The notes under the pieces were generated by a model, which was given only the letters and a program-made list of their open reading frames with translations, was not told the DNA's origin and ran no database searches. 64,000 bases of DNA from Candidatus Omnitrophota bacterium (lineage in GTDB: Bacteria; Omnitrophota; Gorgyraeia; Zapsychrales; Fredricksoniimonadaceae): positions 408,991 through 472,990 of the forward strand of contig JBGAJA010000002.1 of NCBI GenBank assembly GCA_044225175.1, read 5' to 3'. The position numbers and the translations under genes are program-made. Below, piece after piece: positions 56,189-64,000 of this stretch (position 1 is its first letter; each line of letters begins with the position of its first letter).

Positions 56189-57567
56189 TAAAAGCTGTAA
56201 AAAATTGCGATCAAGTCATGTTTTTTGGACTTTTGATTTTGGTGATTTTTATTCCATATTCTTCGGCAATGATTCAAGGCAGTCTGTTTCTTATTATGCT
56301 TGCTTGGTTAAGCAAGCATATTTTTTTGTGGAAAAATCCATCTACAAGGAATTCTGCTTTTGTTTTTAATTTTCCCTTCAAGAGTATTTTCCTGCCATTA
56401 GTTTTAATCAGCCTGCTTATTCTATTAACAATTCCTTGGAGCCATGCTCCTGTTTTAAGTTTAAAGAAGTTTTTCTCTCGATTCGTCCAGCAAGTTTTTT
56501 TGATGTATGTGACGGTTGAGATCATTAATTCATCCAAGCGTTTATATTTATTGATGACTATGCTTCTTTGGACACTGCTTGTAGTTAATGCCGATGTTGT
56601 TTTTCAAATATTCTCTGGCAAGAGTTTTATTTTTAGCAATCACATGATTTTTGAGAGAGTTTCTGGTCCTATGCGTCATCCTAATGATCTGGGGACTGTG
56701 TTGATCACGGTCATTCCCATCATGGTGATTTTAATGATGACAAGAAGTTTTTGGGTTCCGATTATATTTCCCCAGAAATTTCAGAAATCAATAGGGGTCT
56801 GTGTTTTTGTTTTATTGGTACTTTCTTTGATTGCTTTGGGTTTAACCTCTTCACGAGGGGCATGGGTAGGCTTTGTCGTGTCGATGGTTGGAGCTAGTAT
56901 TTATTTAAGAAAGAAGCGTTGGATCGTTATGGTTGGTCTTTTTCTTGTTTTCTTTATTTGGGTATCAGGAATACACTTTGCTAACACTCGCAGCGATATT
57001 TTTATTAAAGAAACCCATAAAGAAACCCATAAGGAAACTCCCAAAGAGGGCCCTAAAGAAACCTATAAAGAAGTGCATGAGGCCGTAGTTGAGAATAAAA
57101 GCCAGGCTCAATATCCCATTGATCAATTCTTTACTCCGTCACGGAGAATTCAATATTGGAAGACAGCGTCAAGTGTTATAAAGGAATATCCTTGGTTTGG
57201 ATGCGGCTATAATGCATATATTCAAACCCTTCTAAAATTGAATAGGGAGCCTGTCGAATATCCTCATAATGGTATTTTACACATTGCTGCAGAATTAGGC
57301 CTTATTGGACTTTTGCTGTATATATTCTTTTTTGTAGGAGTGTTTTATCAAGGATTAAAAATTTTAAAATCAGTTTCAAAACAGTATGAGATTTATTTAT
57401 TAGGAGTGAGTATATTTTTTGGCCTTATTGCGTGGCTAATTCATTGTTTTTTAGACACCCCGTGGGAATCTTTACAACTAAGCATTTTATGGTGGTTATT
57501 AATAGGTGTCTTAATGAGTTTAAATAATATCGCTGTCTCTACAAAGGTAAGTACAGGAGGGAAATAA
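56185..57567 (+). CDS. O-antigen ligase/polymerase (Wzy_C) family membrane protein, with an internal KETH tandem repeat.
   Basis: Polytopic. YPHNGILHIAAELGLIG Wzy_C motif. Confidence 0.6.
   Translation: MIKAVKNCDQVMFFGLLILVIFIPYSSAMIQGSLFLIMLAWLSKHIFLWKNPSTRNSAFVFNFPFKSIFLPLVLISLLILLTIPWSHAPVLSLKKFFSRFVQQVFLMYVTVEIINSSKRLYLLMTMLLWTLLVVNADVVFQIFSGKSFIFSNHMIFERVSGPMRHPNDLGTVLITVIPIMVILMMTRSFWVPIIFPQKFQKSIGVCVFVLLVLSLIALGLTSSRGAWVGFVVSMVGASIYLRKKRWIVMVGLFLVFFIWVSGIHFANTRSDIFIKETHKETHKETPKEGPKETYKEVHEAVVENKSQAQYPIDQFFTPSRRIQYWKTASSVIKEYPWFGCGYNAYIQTLLKLNREPVEYPHNGILHIAAELGLIGLLLYIFFFVGVFYQGLKILKSVSKQYEIYLLGVSIFFGLIAWLIHCFLDTPWESLQLSILWWLLIGVLMSLNNIAVSTKVSTGGK
57007..57075. repeat. Tandem 12-bp repeat (aaagaaacccat, about 5.7 units) encoding KETHKETHKETPKEGPKETYKEV.
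   Basis: Direct repeats seen in the sequence. They are in frame and lie in a predicted loop of the ligase-like protein. Confidence 0.7.
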
Positions 57568-58367
57568 TGGCTTTAGAATTAAGTGTGGTCATCCTAGCAA
57601 AGAATGAACAAGCCCGTATTAAAGACTGCCTTGAGAGTATTAAGGGGTGGGCCAATGAAATTATTATTGTGGATGATGGAAGCACAGATGCCACTATTTC
57701 GATAGCCAAAGAATATACGAAATCCATATTCTCCCGTCAAATGGATTTGGAAGGAAAACAAAGAAACTTTGGGGCTTCTCATGCAAGTAATGATTGGATA
57801 TTAATCCTTGATTGTGATGAACGCATGACCAAAGAGTTGAAGGAAGAGATTTCTAATTCTTTGCCTAATGCTCCCAAAGAGGTGGTTGCCTATTGGGCAT
57901 CTCAATTTAATTATTTCGGTGATATTTATTTAGAACATGGAGGATGGTCTACTCCTCATATCCGATTATACAATAAGAAGCATGTCCGCTGGTCTGAAGC
58001 TGATTTTGATGTCGTGCATCCTGGAATAAAAATCGAACCTGGGTTTAAGGGCGGTCATTTTAAAGGCAAAACGATCCACTATAGTTTCAAGAACATGGAA
58101 GACTTTATCCATAAAATTAACCGCTATTCAACTTTGGAAGCCACCAAATGGTATCTAGATAAACGTAAAATGTCTTTAGGCAAGGCTGTATGGCGTACGG
58201 TTGATCGATTCTTTAGACGTTTTGTTGGTAAAAAAGGATACAAGGATGGGTATTATGGTTTTGCAGCTGCTTTACTGAGCGGCCTTCATGAATATTTCGC
58301 ATATAGTAAGTACAAAGAAATCAAAGAAAAGGGTTATTATTTAAAGAATAAAAACAGTGGGAGTTAA
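57567..58367 (+). CDS. Glycosyltransferase family 2.
   Basis: VVILAKNEQARI...IIIVDDGSTD and an LDCDE (DxD) motif. Confidence 0.8.
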   Translation: MALELSVVILAKNEQARIKDCLESIKGWANEIIIVDDGSTDATISIAKEYTKSIFSRQMDLEGKQRNFGASHASNDWILILDCDERMTKELKEEISNSLPNAPKEVVAYWASQFNYFGDIYLEHGGWSTPHIRLYNKKHVRWSEADFDVVHPGIKIEPGFKGGHFKGKTIHYSFKNMEDFIHKINRYSTLEATKWYLDKRKMSLGKAVWRTVDRFFRRFVGKKGYKDGYYGFAAALLSGLHEYFAYSKYKEIKEKGYYLKNKNSGS

Positions 58368-58368
58368 G

Positions 58369-59121
58369 ATGGGAAACTTTTATAAAAGTCATTTGTATCA
58401 ATATTATTTTAGTTTGATGTCAACGGTCATTAAAACGGCCAGACGAAACTGTGAAAACAGAAAATTTGAGCCAGAAGTTGAGGTCTTAAAGAAAATCATA
58501 AAACCTGAAAGTATTTGTATTGATATAGGAGGAGCATATGCTCGTTATGCATTTCCTCTATCTAAGATGGTTGGCCCAAAAGGCAAAGTTTATAGTTTCG
58601 AGCCAGGCAGCTATAGTTATGGGGTGTTTTGGTGGATCAAATTTCTTTTTAATCTGCGCAATGTTGTCATCACTAAGAAAGCTGTGTCTGATTCTCCCGG
58701 ACAAATTCAATTGTGCCTGCCCCTTAAAGCCTCGGGTAAACTGGGACCTTCTCTGGCTTATATCAATACACAGAAGGAAGAGAATAATTACTGCGAAACG
58801 GTTGAAAGAATTACTTTAGATGACTTTAATAAAGAAGCAAAACTTCCTCGTTTAGATTTCATGAAGTGTGACACGGAAGGTTCAGAATTGTTGGCTTTTC
58901 GAGGAGCAAAGGGGCTTATTGAGCGATTTAGACCGCTCGTTTTGGCAGAAGTGGATGCTAACAACATGAACCGTTATCAGTTAAAACCTTCAGATATTGT
59001 TAAATTCTTTACTGATTTGAATTATCGATTGATGGTCTGGGAGAATGATCAATTTGTTCTTAAGTCTTCCGCGGATGTTTCTTCAAACTATTTCTTTGTT
59101 CCTGAGCACATGAAGTTATAA
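58369..59121 (+). CDS. FkbM-family SAM-dependent methyltransferase. The ORF track starts at a GTG at 58357.
   Basis: CIDIGGAYARYAF and CDTEGSELLAF, as in FkbM domains. Confidence 0.7.
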   Translation: MGNFYKSHLYQYYFSLMSTVIKTARRNCENRKFEPEVEVLKKIIKPESICIDIGGAYARYAFPLSKMVGPKGKVYSFEPGSYSYGVFWWIKFLFNLRNVVITKKAVSDSPGQIQLCLPLKASGKLGPSLAYINTQKEENNYCETVERITLDDFNKEAKLPRLDFMKCDTEGSELLAFRGAKGLIERFRPLVLAEVDANNMNRYQLKPSDIVKFFTDLNYRLMVWENDQFVLKSSADVSSNYFFVPEHMKL

Positions 59122-59126
59122 CTTTT

Positions 59127-59717
59127 ATGAAGATTGTTTGTTTAGATAGAGATGGCATCATCAATCAATATCCAGGTCATGGGGATTATGTTACAAGGGT
59201 TAAAGATTTCCATCTTCTTAAAGGCGTTTTAGATGGTATTAAACGTTTGAATGACGCTCAGTTTAAAGTCTTTGTTATTTCTAATCAGGCATGTGTGGGT
59301 TGTGGTATAATTTCACAAAAGAAATTAGATCAAATCACGGCTAAACTTCTTAAAGCGGCCAAACAAAAGCATGTTAAGTTCAACGGGATTTTTTATTGCA
59401 CGCATAAGCCGGATGAAGGTTGTGATTGCCGAAAGCCAAAGATAGGTAATATTAAGAAAGCATTGTCTAGTGTTGGGAGTACTCTTTCAACAGTTCGTAG
59501 TGGTTTTTTCGTCGGAGACACAGATAAGGACATTGAGGCAGGGCATAACGCAGGATTAGTAACCATTTTGGCTGAAACTGGCCGTGATCGCCTGAAAGAT
59601 TTTAAGCATAAGAAATTTAAGCCTCATTATGTAGTTTCTGATTTTAATAGAGCGGTGGAGATTATATTAAATTATGAAAATTCTCATCATTCACGCAACC
59701 GCAGGCGCAGGGCATAA
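59127..59717 (+). CDS. gmhB: D-glycero-D-manno-heptose 1,7-bisphosphate phosphatase (HAD, GmhB-like).
   Basis: HAD motif I (VCLDRDGIIN), VISNQ, and the Zn-binding CxHx...CDCRKP. Confidence 0.75.
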   Translation: MKIVCLDRDGIINQYPGHGDYVTRVKDFHLLKGVLDGIKRLNDAQFKVFVISNQACVGCGIISQKKLDQITAKLLKAAKQKHVKFNGIFYCTHKPDEGCDCRKPKIGNIKKALSSVGSTLSTVRSGFFVGDTDKDIEAGHNAGLVTILAETGRDRLKDFKHKKFKPHYVVSDFNRAVEIILNYENSHHSRNRRRRA

Positions 59718-60765
59718 GAAGGCTGCAGAAGCTATCCACGATGGCCTGCAGAGGCATACCACCCACCAAGTCACAAGTATTGACTGTCTTGATTACACGA
59801 ATCCTTTTTTTAAAAAATCCTATCCCGCAGCATATGTGTTTATGGTGACCAAGGCCCCTGCGTTATGGGGATTTTTCTTTGGGCTGGTGGGGCTTCCTTT
59901 TATGCAGCCTTTAGTACGTTTGGTCCGCCGATGTTACCATAAGATCAATGCAGGTGCCCTTGAGAATTTCATAAGAAAAGAACAGTTTGATGTCATCATA
60001 ACCACCCACTTTATGTCAGCTGAGGTGAGCGGATATTTAAAACGCACACATCAGATTAAATCCAAAATCATTTGCTGTGTAACGGATTTTGATGTCCATC
60101 CTATTTGGATCAATCGAGGGGTTGATGTATATACAGGTGCCTGTGATTTTACGAGAGAAAAGATCATCAGTTTGGGCGTTCCATCCCACAGAGTTTTTGT
60201 AACGGGTATTCCTACAGATGAGAAATTCTCTGAGCTTGTTGACCGTAAAGTCATGCGTGAGAAATTAAAGATTAATAAAGAAGGCTTTACAGTGCTTTTA
60301 GCCACAGGTTCTTTTGGTATGGGACCTTTGGAAGAATTGATTGATTCATTGGCAGGATATCAATTGTTGGTCGTTTGCGGCCACAATAAAGCACTCTATG
60401 AACGTTTAAAATCAAGGAATGATGATCGTGTGCATATTTATGGATTGGTGCACAATATGCATGAACTGATGTCTGCAGCCGATGTCATGATTACCAAACC
60501 TGGAGGATTGTCCATTGCGGAAGCCTTAGTTAAAAAACTCCCTATGATTTTCTTTAGTGCCATTCCAGGCCAAGAAACAGGTAATATTAATGTGCTTAAG
60601 AAATATGAAGCAGCAGAAGATCAAAGTAATGGAATTATGGACATCATCAATAGACTTGATGATTTAAGTACTCATCCTCAAACTTTTGAAAATCTGCAGA
60701 AGAAGCTTGGAATTCTCTCTAAACCGAACGCTGTGAAAGATATTATCTCACTGGTCACTAAATAA
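59674..60765 (+). CDS. MGDG-synthase/UgtP-like glycosyltransferase (GT28).
   Basis: N-terminal KILIIHATAGAGHKKAAEAI and a C-terminal GT28 domain. Confidence 0.7.
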   Translation: MKILIIHATAGAGHKKAAEAIHDGLQRHTTHQVTSIDCLDYTNPFFKKSYPAAYVFMVTKAPALWGFFFGLVGLPFMQPLVRLVRRCYHKINAGALENFIRKEQFDVIITTHFMSAEVSGYLKRTHQIKSKIICCVTDFDVHPIWINRGVDVYTGACDFTREKIISLGVPSHRVFVTGIPTDEKFSELVDRKVMREKLKINKEGFTVLLATGSFGMGPLEELIDSLAGYQLLVVCGHNKALYERLKSRNDDRVHIYGLVHNMHELMSAADVMITKPGGLSIAEALVKKLPMIFFSAIPGQETGNINVLKKYEAAEDQSNGIMDIINRLDDLSTHPQTFENLQKKLGILSKPNAVKDIISLVTK

Positions 60766-60775
60766 GTCCTTTCTT

Positions 60776-62512
60776 ATGTTTGCCCAAGTTGTTTTTGACC
60801 TTCCTTTAGAAAAATCTTTTGACTATTCTGTTCCTTTAAACTTGGAAAAAGATCTGACCGTTGGCATGTGTGTGCATGCGACACTTGGTCCTAAGAGAGT
60901 CTCAGGAATCGTGACTAAGATCTCAGATCAAAGTGATTTTGAGAACTTGAAGTCTCTTAAATTGATCGATACGCAATATTCTCCTCTAGATTCAGCCCAA
61001 ATATCCTTGGCTTCAAAAATATCTATTTATTATGGTTGTTCTCTAGGTCAAGCCTTGTTTGCCATTGCCCGAGGTTCTCAGGGACAGCTGATTTTACAAT
61101 CCAGATCAGCCAAAAGCATATCCCATAAGGCCCTCTATATGGTGCCTGGAGAGTCCTATTGTGAGACGATAGAAGAGCTCATTCATCCTTTGGCTCAAGA
61201 TAAAAAACGACTTTTGATCTTAGTCCCAGACCAAGGGTATGTTTCTATTCTTGAGGAAAGATTAAAGAAATATTTGCTCTCAGAAACTATTGTGATTGGA
61301 ACAAGGTCAATGGTATTTCGTTCTTTTCTTGATATCTCACTTGTCATCATGATCGATGAGAACAATTCTTCTTATAAACAAGAGCAGACCCCTATGTATG
61401 AAACGCGTGATGTTCTACTCATGCGGGCTGCCCAAGAATATGTGGATATTGTTTTTGTAAGTACAACTCCGACTGTTGAGCTGATGGATTTGGTCAATAA
61501 GAAAGAAGTTTTGCTGCAATCCCCGCCTAATGCGACACAAGTCAGAGCACAAATCGTTGATTTGACCAACTACAATATCATTTGGAAGGGGATCCTCTCG
61601 CCGGCGGTCATGTCTTCGGTAGAAAGCAATATCCTTAAGAAATTTCCATCCATTCTGGTCTTTAATCATCGCGGATCATTTGCCATCACGCGTTGTCCAG
61701 AATGTAATTTTGTCCTTAAATGTGAGAGATGCGATAGTCCAATGACGTATTCAAGAATTAAGAAACAGTATCTTTGTCGTCACTGTTCATTTCATTTTCC
61801 TGGAGATAAACTTTGTCCTAATTGTAGAAAACCTTCATGGAAATCATTTGGGTTGGGGGTAGAACAGCTTCAGAAAGCATTGAAGGAGAAGTATCCATTG
61901 GCACGAATTTCTGCATTTGAACGAGGAATGGAAGAGCCGCCTGAGAATTTTGATATCATTATAGGTACGGTTGCACTGTTGCGATTTAAGATGTTTATGA
62001 AAGCAAAATTTGTGGCCCTTTTGGATATCGATTCAGAACTTAATCGATTGGATGCCCGCTCTTGTTTTAGAGCCTTTGCTTTGGCCCAAGACTTCAGGAA
62101 TATGGCGCAGGAACAATTTCTTATTCAGACACGTAATCCACATCATTATGTGATTGATTCATTAATGAAGGGGAATCCTGAACTGTTTTATTTAGAAGAC
62201 ATGAAGGTTCGCCATGAATTTGGATTTAGTCCTTTTGGTCATCAGGTATTGATTCAAATGCGCCACAAGACTCAAGCAGCAGTTGAAAAAAAGGCTCAAG
62301 AGTTGTTTATTGTTTTAAAGGAAGGAATGTCCCCAGAAATGCAAGTTCATGCACCTGCCATTGAAGCAACAACCAAGAAACGAGACTTATTTCGAGTGAA
62401 TATTCTACTGCAGGGAAAAGACGTTGCTGGTATGATAACTTTCATTAAAGAAGCTTTCAAAAAGCTAAAACGGTCACCTCAAGTGATTACAACTTTTAAT
62501 GTAGATCCATAG
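60776..62512 (+). CDS. priA: Primosomal protein N' (PriA)-like, with degenerate Walker A and DExH motifs.
   Basis: PriA N-terminus. The Walker-A position reads GESYC instead of GSGKT. DEEH is replaced by DENN. The Cys-rich zinc module is intact (CPECN..CERCD..CRHCS..CPNC). Confidence 0.6.
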   Translation: MFAQVVFDLPLEKSFDYSVPLNLEKDLTVGMCVHATLGPKRVSGIVTKISDQSDFENLKSLKLIDTQYSPLDSAQISLASKISIYYGCSLGQALFAIARGSQGQLILQSRSAKSISHKALYMVPGESYCETIEELIHPLAQDKKRLLILVPDQGYVSILEERLKKYLLSETIVIGTRSMVFRSFLDISLVIMIDENNSSYKQEQTPMYETRDVLLMRAAQEYVDIVFVSTTPTVELMDLVNKKEVLLQSPPNATQVRAQIVDLTNYNIIWKGILSPAVMSSVESNILKKFPSILVFNHRGSFAITRCPECNFVLKCERCDSPMTYSRIKKQYLCRHCSFHFPGDKLCPNCRKPSWKSFGLGVEQLQKALKEKYPLARISAFERGMEEPPENFDIIIGTVALLRFKMFMKAKFVALLDIDSELNRLDARSCFRAFALAQDFRNMAQEQFLIQTRNPHHYVIDSLMKGNPELFYLEDMKVRHEFGFSPFGHQVLIQMRHKTQAAVEKKAQELFIVLKEGMSPEMQVHAPAIEATTKKRDLFRVNILLQGKDVAGMITFIKEAFKKLKRSPQVITTFNVDP

Positions 62513-62521
62513 GGGATTTGA

Positions 62522-63445
62522 ATGAATATTGTATTTTTTGGCAGTGATGATTTTGCAGGGGAGTGTTTGAAAGAGATCTTGAAGAGTTCTCATATGGTGG
62601 TGGGGTGTGTTACCCAGCCGGATGCTCGTCAGGGTAGGGGGATGAATTTGACTTTTTCTCCTATCAAAGAGCTTGCTCTTGAGCATGATTTGATTTGTAT
62701 TCAGCCGGAATCATTAAAAGGCCAGGCAGTCATTGATGCCTTAAAGTTTTTTAATGCTGATGTATTTGTGGTTGTGGCTTACGGCAAAATACTTTCCCAA
62801 GCTGTTTTAGATATCCCTAAGCTTTTATGTGTTAATGTGCATGGATCTTTGCTTCCTAAGTATCGCGGTGCAGCACCTATCAATTGGGCCATTATTAATG
62901 GGGACAAAGAAACAGGTGTGACGATCATGAAGATGAATGCTCAAATGGATGCGGGAGATATTATTGCCCAAGAAGTGATGCCTTTAGACGAAAGCACGAC
63001 AGCAGATGTATTGAGGCCAGAAATGGCAAAAGTAGGGGCCAAGCTTCTGGTTAAAACTTTAGGTAATATTGCGTCGGGAAATTACACGTGTGAGTCTCAA
63101 AACGAAGCCCATGTGACGATCGCCCACAAGTTAACCAAAGAAATGGGACGTATTGACTGGAATCAACCCGCAGCCACAATTGAACGCCAGATCCGAGGGC
63201 TTAAGCCATGGCCAGGGACATTTTGTTCATTTAAAAATAAGACCCTTAAAATTCTGCAGGCGAGTGTTGTTTCAGAGACTGGAGAACCAGGCATGATTCT
63301 TGGAACCAGCAAAGATGGCTTTACCATTGCCTGCGGTAAAGATGCTCTCTTAATTAAAGAAGTCCATTTGGAAGCCTCCAAACCTACCTCAGCCTATAGT
63401 TTCACACAAGGCCACCGTTTAGTTTTAGGTCAAAAATTACTCTAA
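62522..63445 (+). CDS. fmt: Methionyl-tRNA formyltransferase.
   Basis: IVFFGSDDFA N-terminus, the HGSLLPKYRGAAPI formyltransferase motif, and the C-terminal Fmt domain. Confidence 0.9.
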   Translation: MNIVFFGSDDFAGECLKEILKSSHMVVGCVTQPDARQGRGMNLTFSPIKELALEHDLICIQPESLKGQAVIDALKFFNADVFVVVAYGKILSQAVLDIPKLLCVNVHGSLLPKYRGAAPINWAIINGDKETGVTIMKMNAQMDAGDIIAQEVMPLDESTTADVLRPEMAKVGAKLLVKTLGNIASGNYTCESQNEAHVTIAHKLTKEMGRIDWNQPAATIERQIRGLKPWPGTFCSFKNKTLKILQASVVSETGEPGMILGTSKDGFTIACGKDALLIKEVHLEASKPTSAYSFTQGHRLVLGQKLL

Positions 63446-63450
63446 AAGCT

Positions 63451-63479
63451 GTCAAAAAGGTGTCTGACACCTTTTTGAC
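63451..63479. terminator. Bidirectional rho-independent terminator hairpin.
   Basis: Perfect 14-bp inverted repeat GTCAAAAAGGTGTC-t-GACACCTTTTTGAC. An A-tract and a T-tract flank a GC core. It lies right after the fmt stop. Confidence 0.6.
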
Positions 63480-63511
63480 AATTATATATATACATGGCAT
63501 ACTTTTGCCAT

Positions 63512-64000
63512 CCTATGTTTAAACGTCTTATTGCCTCTATTGTCTGTCTTTGCTTTATTTCTTCAACTGTTCACGTTTCCTATGCCCAGACAGGTTTTAA
63601 ACCTGTCTCTACGTTAAATTTGCCAGAACCAGGCACTATGGTAGGCCCCTCAGTACCTTTTACACCTTTGTCCTTAAAAGGCCTAGTAATTAACCCTAAA
63701 AAGCCTTTGGAATTTCAATTCATTGTGGATACGGGTACAAATCATACCCCTCCAGATATTCAATCCGAATCCACCAAATTAATCAAATACTTCCTAGCCG
63801 GCCTAACGATTCCTGAAGGAGACCTGTGGGTGAATTTAAGCCCCTATGAGAAGGAACGAATCACCCCCCAAGCCTTAGGCCAGACCGAGTTAGGGCGAGA
63901 TTTGCTGGCGCAAGACTATATCTTAAAGCAGTTAACTGCCTCTTTGATCTATCCTGAGCGTGACCTAGGTAAGGAGTTCTGGAGCCGGGTGTATCAACAG
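63512..64000 (+). CDS. Large secreted modular protein, paralog 3 (N-terminal fragment only; it continues past the window).
   Basis: Signal peptide and the conserved N-terminal domain, including KLIKYFLAGLTIPEGDLWVNLSPYEKERI...LLAQDYILKQLTASLIYPE. Confidence 0.6.

Noticed and set aside
1-64000. CRISPR arrays, rRNA or tRNA genes.
   Set aside because: No regularly spaced direct repeats with unique spacers were seen. The palindromic elements are dispersed and not arrayed. Intergenic spaces are short, and none showed tRNA-like cloverleaf features or rRNA-like conserved stretches on inspection.

Overview
This is a chromosomal window from a Gram-negative-type bacterium with roughly 40% GC. The Gram-negative assignment rests on lptD, an LPS heptosyltransferase and O-antigen-ligase-like genes. 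The taxon cannot be assigned from sequence alone. From about 3.5 kb onward the window is almost uninterrupted plus-strand coding. In order, it holds a thiS-thiG-thiH-thiF operon on the minus strand, speD, leuS, and a REP-associated tyrosine transposase (RAYT) flanked by REP-like nested palindromes. Next come an operonic PHP/EndoQ-like and short UvrD-like helicase pair, then comEA and a truncated comEC. A heat-shock island follows: a CIRCE-controlled hsp20, N-domain-less clpB, secreted hsp20 and pfpI group, then a CIRCE-controlled hrcA-grpE-dnaK-dnaJ group. Three paralogous, signal-peptide-bearing, modular large proteins are interleaved with that island. After it come DUF1015-accD, a MalK-like ABC ATPase, two tandem GGDEF cyclases, glk, lptD, and a glycan cluster of about 22 kb (39.0-60.8 kb). 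The glycan cluster encodes a GDP-heptose branch (hddA, hddC, gmhB), a ColD/E1-type sugar 3-dehydratase (His replacing the PLP Lys), Fcl-like and SDR enzymes, a B12-radical-SAM enzyme, a FkbM methyltransferase and a split TPP enzyme. The window ends with a Walker-A-degenerate priA, fmt and the start of the third paralog. The most unusual observation is that several unrelated families of short palindromic elements sit in frame inside protein-coding genes. The hosts include leuS, the UvrD-like helicase, the RAYT itself and the large secreted proteins. No rRNA, tRNA or CRISPR array was recognised. Coordinates of small motifs were counted by hand and may be off by 1-2 nt.
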